A stretch of 64,000 nucleotides of DNA, taken from NCBI RefSeq assembly GCF_009914755.1, contig NC_060926.1. One strand, given 5' to 3'. Made by a program: the position numbers and the translations under genes. Origin of the DNA: the human T2T-CHM13v2.0 reference genome, Homo sapiens. Under the pieces are notes generated by a model. That model did no database searches and was not told where the DNA came from. It saw only the letters and a list, made by a program, of their open reading frames with translations. The stretch's first letter is position 1. The number at the start of each line of letters is the position of its first letter. Positions 1 through 21,053 of the stretch are shown here, in pieces.

Positions 1-371
1 TTTTTTTCTTCAAATTTTATTTTAAGGGTACATGTGCAGGTTTGTTACACAGATAAATGTGTGCCATGGTGGTTTGCTGCACAGATCATTCCATCACCTA
101 GGTAGTAAGCCCAGTGGCCATTAGCTATTCTTCCTGATTCTCCCTCCCCTCAATACCCACCCTCCAACCAACAGGCCCCAGTGTGTGTTGTTTTCCCTTA
201 TGTGTCCATGTGGTCTCATTGTTCAGCTCCCACTTATAACTGAGAACGTGTGATGTTTGGTTTTTTGTTCCTGCGTTAGTTTGATGAGGATAATGTCTTT
301 CAACTCCATACATGTTCTGCAAATAACATAATCTTATTCCTTTTTATGGCTGCATAGTATTGCCTGGTGTA
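1..371 (-). mobile_element. 5'-truncated L1PA 3' end inserted into the older L1
   Basis: T-tail at window start followed by the L1PA 3'UTR complement; abrupt junction to older L1 ORF2 sequence near 372. Confidence 0.85.
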
Positions 372-886
372 TCCTTGCCTCATAGAATGAGTTTGGAAGT
401 ATTCCCTCCTCCTCTATTTTTCAAAATAGTTTGAGTAGGATTGATATTAGTTCTTTTTCAAATATTTGCTAAAATTCAGCAGTGAAGCCATTGGATTCCA
501 GGCTTTTCTTTGCTGGGAGACTTTTTATTACAGCTTTAATCTTGTTACTTGTTATTGGTCTGTTCAGATTTTAGATTTCTTCATGGTTCAGTTTTGGTAG
601 GTTGTCTGTGTCGAGGAATTTATCCATTTCCTCTAGAATTTCCAATATATGGGCATGTAGTTGCTCATATTAGCCACTAATAATCCTTTGAATTTCTGTG
701 GTATCAGTTGTAATGTCTCCTTTTTCATCTCTGTTTTTATGTATTTGAGTCCTCTCCATTTTTCCCTTACTCTGGCTAAATGTTTGTCAATTTTGTTTAT
801 CTTTTGAAAAAAACCAACTTTTTGTTTCATTGGTCTTTTGTATTGTTTTCCTCATTTCAAATTCATTTATTTCTGCTTCAACTTTT

Positions 887-2316
887 TTTATTTATTTTTT
901 TTAACCTCTGAACTTTTTATTGGCTTCGGGCTCCCCAAAGGATACCCTGCTTCTGCTGGCTTAATGCCTCAGAATTTTGGTGTCATTGGTCTCAGACACC
1001 ACTTTGCCATCCACTATCTGGCGGGTCTATCTGGCGGGTGGTGGTCTTTTGGATGGTTTGCATGGAGTTGCTGCAGTCCAGGGTATCACCAAGATTGAAG
1101 TCCTTGCCATCTTCCAGCAGGCGGCGGTAGGTGGCGATCGCAGCCTCCAGCTTGACCTTGATGTTCAGCAGGGCCTGGTACTCCTGGGCCTGGCACTGTC
1201 CCTCTGCCCAGGTTTGTGCCAGCTCTGACTCCAGGTGTAGCAGGATCCCATTGAGCTGCTCCATCTGCAGGGCATAGCGGGCCACTACCTCCCTCAGGCT
1301 GTTCTCCAAACTGGCCTTCAGATTTCTCATGGAGTCTAGGTTGATCTCCAAGAACTGGACTGTACGTGTCAGCTCTGTGAGCATCGCCTTAGCAGCTCCA
1401 ACCTCGGTGGACTGTGTGGTGACCACTGTGGTGCTCTCCTCAATCTGCTGAGACCTGTTATTGTCCAGCTCCTCTCTGTTCTTCTGAGCCACCTCGTCAT
1501 ATTGGGCCCAGATGTCTGCCATGATCTTGGCGAAGTCCTGAGATATGGGGGCATCTACCACCACAGTCAACCCAGAGCTGGCAATCTGGGCTTGTAGGCC
1601 TTTTACTTCCTCTTCATGGTTCTTCTTCATAAGAGCAGCTCCTCCTTGAAAGCCTGGATCTCTGTCTCCAGCTGCAGCTGAGTGACATTGGTGTCATCAA
1701 TGACCTCGCAGAGCCCATGGATGTCGTTCTCTACTGGCTGGCACATGGCCAGCTCTGTCTCACAGTTGACTCTAAAATCATCAGCAGCAAGGCGGGCATT
1801 GTCAATCTGCAGAACGATGTGGGCATTATCCACAGTATTTGCGAAGATCTGGGCCCTCAGGTCCTCCATAGTCTTGAAGTAATGGCTCCAGTCTCTGTCC
1901 GGGGATCCCTTCTTCTCCAGGTGCTCCCGGATTTTGCTCTCCAGCCTCCAGTTCTCATTCTCCAGCCTCCTCACTCTGTCCAGGTAGGAGGGCAGGCAGT
2001 CGTTCAGGCTTTGTATGGTCTCCTTCTCGTTCTGGATGCCTCCCATTCCTGCCAGACCCCCGGCCATCCCCGTGCCCAGGCCCCCGGAACATCATGCCGT
2101 CCCGGAAGCTGGTGGAGCAGGACATAGAGATACGGGAACAAGAGCCCCCGGCACATGCATAGACTCTGGCCGAGCTGCTGACCTGCCAGGTGCCGTAGCT
2201 GGGCGCCTGGACAGAGTCTAGGGACCGGTAGTTGGTGGAGAAGGTGGAGCGAGTGATGAAGCTCATGCTGTCTGGGGAACAGAGTGAGAGGACAGGACTC
2301 AGGCTTCGCCAACGAC
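887..2316 (-). pseudogene. KRT18P52: Keratin 18 processed pseudogene (probably KRT18P52; number from recall)
   Basis: Intronless KRT18 homology from ATG 2266 (MSFITRSTFSTNYRSL) to native TAA at 961-963 (...LRH*). Frameshifts near 2090-2110, 1628 and 1014-1039. AATAAA 916-921, A-tail, 14-bp TSD ctgcttcaactttt at 873-886 and 2317-2330. Confidence 0.93.
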
Positions 2317-2615
2317 CTGCTTCAACTTTTGTTATTTGTTTTCTTCTACTAATTTTGATTTGGTTTGCTCTTGCTTTTCTATTCCTTAAAATGAATCATT
2401 AGATTATTTATCTGAAGTTTTTCTTCTTTTTTGATGTGGTCACTTATAGCTATAAGTTTCCCTCTTTGTACTGCTTTCACTGTATCCCAAAGGTTTTGGT
2501 ATGCTTCCATTATCATTTATTCCAATAAATTTTTCAATTTCCTTCTTAATTTCTTCATTGACCCACTGGTCATTCAGGAGCATATTGCTGAATTTCCATG
2601 TGTTTGTATAGTTTT

Positions 2616-4241
<1,626 letters not shown>

Positions 4242-4716
4242 TTGTATAGTTTTACAAAGTTCCTCTCGTTATTCTTAGTTTTATTTCATTGTGGTCAGAG
4301 AAGATTCTTGATATTATTTCAATTTTTTTTAATGTTTTGTTTTGTAACCTAACATATCGCCTGTCCTTCAGAATGATTTATGTGCTGAGGAGAAGAATGT
4401 GTATTCTGCAGCCATTGGATGAAATGTTCCGTAAATATCTATTAGATCCATTTGTTCCATAGTGTAGATTAAGTCCAAATTTTCTCTGTTAATTTTCTAT
4501 CTGGGAGATCTGTCCAATGCTGAAAGTGAGGTGTTGAAGTCTCTGGATATTATTGTATTGAGATCTCCCTCTTTAGCTCTATTAATTAATATTTGCTTTA
4601 TATATTTGGGTGCTCTAGTATTGAATGCATATAGATTAATAATCATTATACCCTCTTGCTGAACTGACCCCTTTATCATTATATAATGACCTTCTTTGTC
4701 TCTTCTTATAGTTTTT

Positions 4717-6691
<1,975 letters not shown>

Positions 6692-7313
6692 TGATATAAA
6701 TATAGCTACTCCTGGTCTTTTTTGGCTTTGATTTGCATGGAATATCTTTTCCCATCCCTGATTTTCAGTCTATGTGTATCTTTATAGGTGAAGTGTGTTT
6801 CTTTTAGGCAACAGATCATTCGTTCTTATTTTCTCATCCATTCAGCCACTCTCTGTCTTTTGATTGGAGAGTTTAGTTCATTTACAATGTTATTATAGAT
6901 AAGTAAGGACTTACTCTGGCGATTTTGTTGTTTTCTGTTTGTTTTGTGGTCTTCTCTTCCCTTTTTCCTTCCTTCTTGTCCTTTTTTAGTGAAGGTGATT
7001 TTCTCTGGTGCTATGATTTAATTTCTTGCTTTTTATTTTTTGTGTATCCACTGTGTGTTGATTTGAGGTTACCATGAGGCTTGCAAATACTATCTTATAA
7101 CCCATTGTTTTAAACTGAAGACAACACTAATTGCATAAACAAACATGCAAAAAGAAAACTAATAAAAATTCTACACTTTTCACTTCATCCCCCAGCTTTT
7201 TAACTTTCTGTTGCTTTTCATTATATCTTATTGTACTGTCTGTGTCTTGAAAAGCTGTAGTTATTATTTTTGATTGGTTCATCATTTAGCATTTCTACTT
7301 AAGAGTACTTTAT

Positions 7314-7622
<309 letters not shown>

Positions 7623-10429
7623 TTATACACTACAATTACAGTGTTACACTATTCATACTATTCTGTGTTTTTCTGTGTGTTTACTACTACCAGTGAGTTT
7701 TGTAGCTTCTGATGATTTCTTCTTGCTCATTTTTTTTTTTTTTTTCAAATTGAAGAGCTCTTTTTAGCATTTCTTGTAGAACAGGTCTGGTGTTGATGAA
7801 ATCCCTCAGCTTTTGTTTCTCTGGGAAAGTCTTGATTTCTCATTCATGTTTGAAGAATATTTTCACCAGGTATACTAGTCTAGGGTAAAAGGTTTTTTCC
7901 TTCAACACTTTAAAAGTGTCATACCATTCTCTCCTGACCTGTAAGGTTTCCACTGAAAAGTCTGCTGCCAGATGTATTGGAGCTCAATTGTATGTTATTT
8001 GTTTCCTTTCTCTTGCTGATTTTAGGATCCTTTCTTTATCCTTGACCTTCAGGAGTCTGATTATTTGATGCCTGAGGTAGTCTTCTTTGGGTTATATCTG
8101 CTTGCTGTTCTATAACCTTCTTATACTTGAATGTTGATATCTTTTCTAGGTTTGGGAAGTTCTCTGATATTATCCCTTTGAATAAACTTCCTACTGCTTT
8201 CTCCTTCTCTACCACCTCTTTAAGGCCAATATCTCTTAGAGTATCCCTTTTGAGTCTACTTTCTAGATCTTGTAGGCATGCTTCATTGTTTTTTATTCTT
8301 TTTTCTGTCTCTTCTGACTCCGTTTTCAAATCACCTCTTTTCAAGCTAATTCTCTGTTCTGTTTGATCAGTTCTACTATTGAGACTCTGATGGCTTCTTC
8401 AGCATGTCAGTTGTATTTTTCAGCTCTACAATTTCTGCTTCTTTTTGCTTCAATCTCTTCGTTAAATTTAGCTAATAGAATTCTGGATTCATTTTCTGTT
8501 TTCTCTTGAATTTCATTGTGCTTCCTCAAAACAGCTATTTTGAATTCTCTGTCTGAAAGGTCACATATCTGTTTCTCCAGGATTGGGCTGTGGTGTCTTA
8601 TTTAGTTCATTTGGTGAGGTCATGTTTTCTTGGAAAGCATTGGTGCTTGTAGATGTTCTTCAGTGTCTGGGCATTGAAGAGTTAGGTATTTATTGTAGTT
8701 GTCACAGTCTGGGCTTGTTTGTGCCTGTCCCATTTTGGGAAGGTTTTCCAGGTATTCAAAGGGACTTGGGCCTCAAACTCAATAATGCTGTGGTTTTTGC
8801 AGACTTGTAGAAGTAATACCTTGGTGTCTTAGATAAGATCCAAAAGAATTATCTGGATTACCAAGCAGAAACTCTTGTTCTTTTCCCTATTTTCTCCCAA
8901 ACATATGGAGTTTCTCTGTGCTGAGGCACCTGGAACTGGAGGTGTGGTGATGCAAGTACCCCTGTGACCACCACCACTGGGACTGTGCTGGGTCAGACCT
9001 GAAGCCAGCAATGCACTGGACCTTATCCAAGGCTCTTTCCTTAAGGGTGGTAAGATCCCCCCCAGGCTCCAGGTGTGTCCACAGATGCTGTTTGTGAGCC
9101 AAGGACTGGAGTCAAAAACCTTAGAAATTTGGCTAATATTCTATTCTACTGCAGCTAAGCTGGCACTCAAACCACAATAGAAAGTCCTTCGCTTTCCACA
9201 GAGGAAGCTGTCCCTGTGGCCATCACTACTACCAGTCCACAGGGGGTTCTGCCAGGCCACAGCTGATGTTTGTTTTGAGCCCAAGGGCTCCTCTGTCAGC
9301 TTGGGGTGAATGCTCCCAAGCCTGGGACTCACCTTTCAGGGCAGTAGGCTCTCCTCTGACCCAGGGCAGGTCCAGAAATGGTGTCCACCTATAAAGACAT
9401 ACAGTCTTTAATAAAAGCTTTTATCAAACAGGAGTCTTTCACCATAGCCACCACAGCTGGGAATGTGCTGAGTCACCCCTGAAGTCAGCACATCTCAGAG
9501 CCCAATGCCCACAGTGTGGTCCCTGGGTATCACTGCTGGCTATTCAGGGCCCAAGGGCTCCTTAGTCAGCAGGTGATTAATCCTGCCAGGACTAGGTCCT
9601 TCCCTTCGAGGCAGCAGGTTCTTTTGCACCAGTGTGTGTCTCAAAATGTCATCTGGAAAGTAGGGCCTGGAATGAGGGCCTCAGGACTCTGCCCGGTGGC
9701 CTATCCTACAGTGGCTGAGCTGATATCCAAGATGCAAGACATCGTCCTCTTAATTCTTCACTTTCCTATCCTTAAGCAGAAGAAAGGAGTCACTTTTGTT
9801 GCGTGAGCACAAGTTCTCCCTTAGCCACGTCAGCTGATGTCTCCCTAGGTTACATGCCACCCAAGTCCACTGGCTCTAAGCCTGGGCTAGCACTAGGAGT
9901 TGCCTAGCAATTGCAGTCTTTGTGTTCTAAACTGCCTTTCAAGTTTACCTAGAACCCCCAGGGCACTTCAGCCCACACTCCTAGAAATTCAAGTTCTGAT
10001 CATTGGAATGGGCAATTCCCCTCTGGCTAAGGGTGGTCCCAATGCTCTCTCCATGCACAGGCATTTGCTGAGCCCAGCATAGCTTTATTCTCCACTGTGA
10101 CAGGTAGCACTGAGTTCAATGTAAAGTCCTCCAATTGCAGCACTCTCCCTCCCCAAAATGCACAGATTCTCTGTGCTGAGGAGTTGAGATGGGGATGTGA
10201 GAGGTATGGCATTGGCGATTCAAGACGACTGTCTCTCCTGCCCTCATCAGTGACTCTTTCAGTGATATGAAGTTAAAGTATGGTACTCTGATTTCTCACC
10301 TGATATTTGCTTCTTGTGATGGTGTTTTTCTCTATAGTTGTTAAATTTGGTGTTCCAGTGGTTGGGGGCAAGTGGTGTAGGCTTCTATTTCACCATCTTG
10401 CCACCATACATCTAACTTTTTAAGTAACT

Positions 10430-11960
<1,531 letters not shown>

Positions 11961-12176
11961 AATATAATTTCCTATTTGAGAATTCAATGTATCTAAATAT
12001 TCCATGTATATTAAAATTATTAAAATTTGGCAAGGAGTTTGGTGAGGAGTAACTTACAAAGCTAGTAATAAGATGCTCTTTGAAAAATACCAATCTAAGT
12101 AACAGAGAACTGTGCTATCATGTCATGTATCAGCCTCTTGAATACCCCCAAGTATTGCACTTGCTTGACTCACCTT

Positions 12177-12475
12177 GTGTCATAGTCGGTTTTGTGCTGC
12201 TATAAGAAAATACTCAAGACTGAGTCATTCATAAAGAAAAGAAATTTATTTCTCACAATTTGAAAGCTGGGAAGTCCAAGATAGGCATGGCATTTGGTCT
12301 GGTGAAGGACTTCTTGCCAAGTTCCCACATGGCTGAAGATGGAAGGGCAAGCTGCATGAAGCCTTAATCCCATTGAGGGAGGCGTTCCCATGGCCTCATC
12401 ACTTCTTAAATGACACACCTCTCTATCACATTGGCAACACCTGAATTTTGGAGGGGATGTATTCAACCCATAGAA
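12177..12475. mobile_element. MaLR solo LTR (MST/MLT1A-like)
   Basis: tgtcatagtc...tgctgctataag...aagaaatttatttctcaca...gctgggaagtccaagat resembles the MST consensus as recalled. Confidence 0.7.
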
Positions 12476-13175
12476 CCTTGTCTTCCAAGATTTAAGTAAA
12501 TTGTCTCAAACCTACACGCCATATATGTTAGGTAACTTGGCATCCCTGAATATCTCTGGACGAATATCTCTGGGTGCTTGGAATCGGAGGTGGGAGGACG
12601 GGCAGGGGTGGTTACTTTTCAAAGCTGAGTTTCTGCTTCCACTAAATTCTTAGCAACTGTTCTTCATTGCATTTTCTACTTTGTATCAAGCTGATGGATC
12701 CTTTGTAATCCCCTTACTTTCAGGAACACTGTCAACTCAAGACTGAAGGTCTAGGGCCATAGAGGGGGGTTGCAGAGCCAACAAAAACAAAAAATGAGGT
12801 TTAGACATTCCTGCTACTAAAAATGTTATCGACCATCCCTTTTCACAAGAAAGGTTCACTGGTTGTCTCTCGTATTCAACCTATATCTTCTTGTGTTTCT
12901 CAAGCCCCTTTGCCTCTTCATTGACTCGTCTTCTCTCCTGACTCACCCTGACCTCAACTATCTTTTTGTCTCACTTCTAAACTAGACAGGGTATGTCTTC
13001 AAGATCAGTGTTTCTATAGCCATAATAGCTCATCAAAGGCAGTTTCCGATGTTTCTCCCCGCTAAGCATAACTTTGTCACCAGCACTGATTCTACAGGCC
13101 ACCTTTTTCTATTACAGTTTGAAGGATACTACAGCCACACTTCTCTATCTTCCATTCTTTTATTGGTATTATTAT

Positions 13176-13327
13176 TATTTTAAAGACAGGGGACTTGCTC
13201 TGTCACCCAAGCTGGACTGGAGTGACGCAACCATAGCTCACTGTAACTTTGAACTCCTGGGCTCAAGTGATCTCCTGCTTCAGCCTCCCAAGTGGCTGGA
13301 ACTACAGGCACATGCCACCACACTGGC
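13176..13327 (-). mobile_element. Alu monomer (FRAM/AluJ fragment)
   Basis: Diverged Alu monomer complement. Confidence 0.8.
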
Positions 13328-13671
13328 TCTCATTCTCTTTCATTCTGATGTCTCCTCTATGCATCTCAAATGTTGCCTCTCTTCCCACATTCAACTTCCC
13401 CTCAGAGGAAGAATATGATAAGGTCATTTAGTCCCTATTCTATATGGAGAGTCCCTATTAGGTGTCTTTTTCCTCAGGTACCTAATCCTCACTCATTCAT
13501 CCTGGCCAAGGTCAAAACTCATAATCCACAATCCATAAAGAACTTCCCATTTTTCTCAAAAGGGGAGAGAGGGAAGAACCAGAAAGATTAACAGAAGCAT
13601 AGAATTATATTGTTTATTGGCACATTTAGGATAATTTAGTGTCTAATTACCTTTAAGAAAAAGACAATGAG

Positions 13672-13776
13672 AGCCTGGGGAACATAGTGAGATCCTGTCT
13701 CTGCAAAAAAATAAAAAAATTAGCCAGGCATGGTGTCACACACCTATAGTCCCAGCTACTGAAGAGGCTGAAGTAG

Positions 13777-13809
<33 letters not shown>

Positions 13810-13830
13810 AGGGAGGGAGAGAGAGAGAGA
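13672..13830 (+). repeat. Partial Alu ending in a (GA)n/(GGGA)n tract
   Basis: Alu middle segment followed by a polypurine microsatellite at 13777-13830. Confidence 0.8.
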
Positions 13831-14032
13831 ACAATGCGGCAATGAGGACAGAGAGGTTAAGTAACATGTTCCAGGTCACACAGGAATTGGCAGAATATTG
13901 ACCAGGACCAGGGTCTCATCACTCCATATCCACCCACAATGCCAGCCACCCGATAAACCAGTAGCTTTCATATCTTTTAAAACCACGACTCAGAGTAAGA
14001 AACATATTTTACATTAGAACATAGTGCACGCG

Positions 14033-14063
<31 letters not shown>

Positions 14064-14149
14064 CCCTCACTACACATGTGCGTATAAATAGGGTGTATGT
14101 ATATGTGTATAGAAAGTGCCTTATAAATTATAAGCTCTTTACATGTGGT

Positions 14150-14320
14150 AGCTCATTTAATCCTCACAATATCCTGTAAGGTTATTAATATCTCGATTTT
14201 ACAAATGAGTAACTTGAAGCACTTAGTGACTTGTCCAAAGACAAGTAACCAGACCAGGATTTGAATACAGGCCCTGTGGCTCCAGAACCCATGCCCTTAG
14301 TCACTTCATACACTGTCTCT
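14150..14320. mobile_element. MIR SINE fragment
   Basis: ctcatttaatcctcacaa...attttacaaatgag...gtgacttgtccaa MIR core motifs. Confidence 0.7.
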
Positions 14321-14787
14321 CATGTTTTGCATATGGACTAATATGTTTATGTATATACATGTGTGTGTATTGATGCATAAAATACTTTACTTTGTGTGGT
14401 GCACTCTATTTTCTATTTTATTGCACTTTTCAAAATTTACTGCAAACCACTAATTTTATATATAACCCATATTTTTAAAACACTTGAAAAACACTGCTAT
14501 ACTAACCAGGATAGATTTCCTTTTTAGATTTTCTTTTTAGAAAAGAAGGATGCAAAGTTTAAAGACAGCTATAAATTGGTTATTAACTAAAAGGAAGAAA
14601 GCTCCAAGTTTCTGTCTCATAGGAAGACAGTTGTCTATCACTTCAGAGAAAAGATGGAGAAATTATTCTTGTATAGTATTAGTAATATCTCTGCAACTCA
14701 GACATGGAAAAACCATTCTCTAAACCTCAAGTTCACCATAATAGTACAGCTATCACATTTATTATTCATTTGAAGTTATTTTTGAAG

Positions 14788-15708
14788 TTTTTTTTTTATT
14801 ATACTTTAAGTTCTAAGATACATGTGCAAAACGTGCAGGTTTGTTACATAGGTATACATGTGCCATGGTGGTTTGTGGCACCCATCAACCCATCATCTAC
14901 ATTAGGTATTTCTCCTAATGCTATCCCTCCCCTTGTCCCCCATGCCCTGACAGACCCCCGTGTGTGATGTTTCCCTCCCTGTGTCCATGTGTTCTCATTG
15001 TTCAAGTCCCACTTGTGAGTAAGAACATGTGGTGTTTGGTTTTCTGTTCTTGTTTTAGTTTGCTGAGAATGATGGTTTCCACCTTCATCCATGTCCCTGC
15101 AAAGGACATGAACTCATTCTTCCTTATGGCGGTGTAGTATTCCATGGTGTATAAGTGCCACATTTTCTTTATCCAGTCTATCATTGATGGGCATTTGGGT
15201 TGGTTCCAAGTCTTTGCTATTGTGGATAGTGCTCCAATAAACATATATGGGCATGTGTCTTTATAGTAGCATGATATATAGTCCTTCGGATATATACCCA
15301 GTAATGGGATTGCTGGGTCAAATGCTATTTCTAGTTCTAGATCCTTGAGGAATCTCCACACTGTCTTCCACAATGGTTGAACTAATTTACACTCCCACCA
15401 ACAGTGTAAAAGCGTTCCTATTTCTCCACATCCTCTCCAGCATCTGTTAGTTTCCTGAGTTTTTAATGATCGCCGTTCTAACTGGCATGAGATGGTATCT
15501 CATTGTGGTTTTCATTTGCATTTCTCTAATGACCAGTGATGATGAGCTTTTTTTCATGTTTGTGGGCAACATAAATGTCTTCTTTTGAAAAGTGTCTGTT
15601 CATATCCTTCACCCACTTTTTGATGGAGTTGTTTTCTTCTTGTAAATTTGTTTAAGCTCCTTGTAGATACCGGATATTAGCCCTTTGTCAGATGGGTAGA
15701 TTGCAAAC
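14788..15708 (-). mobile_element. 5'-truncated L1PA 3' end
   Basis: ORF2 C-terminal peptide 15002-15373, 3'UTR and T-tail. Confidence 0.92.
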
Positions 15709-16110
15709 TTTATTATGTAAATTTTATAATCTACATGATAGAATTTATATCAGTCTGATTTAGCCCATGATTACACTATAAACTCACTGAATAGATTCTA
15801 CTGGAATAGACATCTTTTTATGTTATGGTGTCTACATCATCATTTATATCTACTACTGCCACTAACATTAGCAATAATAGTTATTATAGTTATTATAGTA
15901 GTTATATTATACAATTATATTATAATAGTTATTATTATACACATGTATGTATATCTATCTCTACATGTATGAAGGTAAGTCTTAGTTGCCTATAAAGGTC
16001 TGGTTTTGTCCTTGCCCAAGAGATTTTCATAAGTGCAACCCAAAAATAGACCATGCAAGTTAACACTATCTTTCTGATACTCTCAGTAGGCATTTATAGA
16101 GCTGCGTCTA

Positions 16111-16464
16111 AAGGTTGAATATCCTTTATCTGAAATGTTTGGGACCAGACATGTTTCAAATTTTGAATTTCTTTCAGATTATGGAATATTTGCATAGACA
16201 TAATGAGATATCCTGGGGATGGGATCCAAGACTAAACATAAAATTCATTCATGTTTTATATATACCTAATACATATAACCTGAAGGTAATTTTATATAAT
16301 ATTCTTAATAATTTTGTGCATGAAACAAAGTTTAGACTGCTTTTTGACTGTGACCTGTCACATGAGGTCTGGTGTGGAATTTCCTACTTGTGGTGTCACG
16401 TCTTTGCTCAAACACTTTTCAGATTTTGGAGCATTTCAATTTTTGGATTAAGGATTGTCAACTT
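16111..16464. mobile_element. Tigger4/MER46-like TcMar DNA transposon (non-autonomous)
   Basis: Starts aggttgaatatcctttatctgaaatgtttgggaccaga; ends with the inverted terminus aggattgtcaact. Confidence 0.7.
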
Positions 16465-16876
16465 TACTATTGCTTATGTCACTGAAGTAAAACTTTAAAA
16501 TTGTTAAAACTCCCCTTTCAATTTCTTGAGTCGGCCTGCAATCAAACCTTTGTAATTAAACCCTAAAAGAACCTGTTGAAATTATTCCAGACTAGTTATT
16601 CTAAACCAGTTTTTACTCTCCTTTTCAAATGTCTAGTATATAATGGATTCTCAATGAATGTGATAGAGATATAACAGTTTAGTTCACATGCAAAATCATG
16701 AGAAAACCTATGAAAAACTTAAGGTCTATACCCAAAGAATGCTATATCAAGTATTATCCCACTCACACCAAATATTCAGCTATTAAATGATTGATAGTCT
16801 GTGTTAAGGAAGTTTAGAGGCTTTTTTTCATATTCACTCTAAGATTATCACTGTATACTATGAAATACATAGGATT

Positions 16877-17195
16877 GGCTGGGCACAGTGGTTCACGCCT
16901 GTAATCTCAGCACTTTGGGAGGTCAAGGCGGGTGGATCACTTGAGGCCAGGAGTTCAAGACTAGCCTGGCCAACATGATGAAACCCTGTCTCTACTAAAA
17001 AAAAAAATAGAAAAATTAGCTGGGCATGGTGGCATACAACTGTAATCCTAGCTACTTGGGAGGCTGTGACACGAGAATTCCTTGAATCTGGGAGGCAGAG
17101 GTTACAGTGAGCCAAGATCGCACCACTACACTCCATCCTAGGCTATAGAGACTCTGTCTCAAAAAAAAAAAAAAAAAAAAGAAAGAAAGAAAAAA
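16877..17195 (+). mobile_element. Alu
   Basis: TSD gaaatacataggatt at 16862-16876 and 17196-17210. Confidence 0.95.
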
Positions 17196-17880
17196 GAAAT
17201 ACATAGGATTGTGTTACTACACTGTGGATTAATCCCATTTTGGGATTGGGTCATAACCAGTATTTAAACAAGCTCAATCAGTTCATTCTAAGTTTCATTT
17301 AAGAGCAAATTATCTTTTCAAAAAATTGAGGCTTCAGAGCAACTCAAGAATTCTGGGAAAAATCTTCCTCTCTCTACCTGTGTTGTTTGCCAACTGTACA
17401 GAATAATAATATTTTACATTTTAGTAAGCCGCTTTTCAAAATACACATTTTTCAGATGTCATTCTGATGACCGTATGGAGTAGGTAAAACAAATATTATC
17501 ATCATCTACACAGCTAATAAGTAGTAAAGACAGGATTCAAACACAATTCTTCCTAGAAAATGACTCCAAGACTTAGATTATAGATATGAGAAAAATGCTG
17601 GCATCCTAGACAAAGGTGAGATTAGTCTTAATTTCCATGCTGAGTCTATGGAGATGGCTGTAGACCAGTGGGGTAGGCAGCTCTTATTTTTAATAGATTG
17701 CGAGCTTTAAAAGATCATCAGTGTATGCTGTCCTAAGCCAGCACATTGTTATATCCTTTTGCAGTTTTAGAATTCTGACTTTCCCAGATCTGCTTAAGTA
17801 TCTTTCTATTCTAAGCCAGTTCAACTTGGACACCTTCTAAATAAAATCAGAGTAGGCATTTTGTGCACTTCACGATTTGA

Positions 17881-18297
<417 letters not shown>

Positions 18298-18470
18298 TGA
18301 AAACTTAACAGGTTAGCATGTTAAGTATCATGCTAAGCACTTTAAATGTATCATCTCATTTACCTTCTTCAACTATGAACAATGTTTTATCATCATCTCT
18401 ACTTCACAAACAAGGGAAAAGAAGCTTAAAAAGTTAAGTCAAATTTTATTACTGCAAAAGATGGAATTCA

Positions 18471-18959
<489 letters not shown>

Positions 18960-19040
18960 CCTAACAAATCTCATGTCTGCAGCTTTAAACCATGTGTCCT
19001 CTTGATTTTGTCTCTTTCTACGGCAGGATGTTAGCCCTAG

Positions 19041-19594
<554 letters not shown>

Positions 19595-19890
19595 GCCTTT
19601 CCCATTTTTGAAGACAAAACGCATGGCATATAGTGGGTACTCAATGATGTGTTAAATACACTAATTAAAGACTGAGAGTCTGTATTAGTTTTCTAAAGTT
19701 ATTTTCTTTGCATCTTTTACTTAGAATATAAGTGTGAGTTCAGTTGCTTAATGCCTAGTGCCAAGACAACTATGGTTGTTGAGTTCACTCCCCAAGTGGG
19801 CTTCTCAGATTTCTCTGTGTGAAAAAAAAAAAAAAAAAAAAATGATCCCCTGATAGTATCTCCACTGTCTCCATCAAAGGGTTTTGTTTG

Positions 19891-20192
<302 letters not shown>

Positions 20193-20439
20193 TAAGAGAG
20201 ACATTTCCCTTTATTCTTCTTCTACGCCCTCACGGTGCCACTGTTTTATAATCTGATGTTAAAATCTATCAACTGCAGTGGGAATAAAACAGTTAAGATA
20301 GAAATAATACATAAAAGAGGTAACAAATGCAGTTCATGCTTTTTAGTTCACTTGACAAAGCATGACTCAGCTGCTTTGAGGGATTCCTATTTAATTTTCT
20401 TGGGTCAGCTTGTAATTAAACCTTAAAAGAACCTGTCAA

Positions 20440-20726
20440 GGCCAAGCACAGTGGCTCATGCCTGTAATCCCAGCATTTTGGGAGGCCGGGGCAGACGGAT
20501 CACTTGAGGTCAGGAGTTCCAGATCAGCCTGGCCAACACGGTGAAACCCCGTCTCTTCTAAAAATACAAAAATTAGCCAGGTGTGGTGGTGCACGCCTGT
20601 AATCCCAGGCATGAGAATCACTTGAACCCCAGTAGTGGAGGTTGCAGTGAGTCAAGATCTCACCACTGCACTCCAGGCTAGGTGACACAGCAAGGCTCAG
20701 TCTCAAAAAAAAAAAAAAAAAAAAAA
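20440..20726 (+). mobile_element. Alu (S-type, small internal deletion)
   Basis: TSD aaaagaac(c/t)tgtcaa at 20425-20439 and 20723-20737. Confidence 0.95.
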
Positions 20727-20753
20727 GAACTTGTCAAAACTATTCTAGACTAG

Positions 20754-21053
<300 letters not shown>

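Noticed and set aside
992-2067. 212-aa and 146-aa keratin-like ORFs as a functional gene
   Set aside because: They are frameshifted pieces of an intronless retrocopy with an A-tail and TSD.
16115-16498. 127-aa ORF as a transposase
   Set aside because: Lies in a short non-autonomous Tigger4-like element; TTG start and no transposase motifs.
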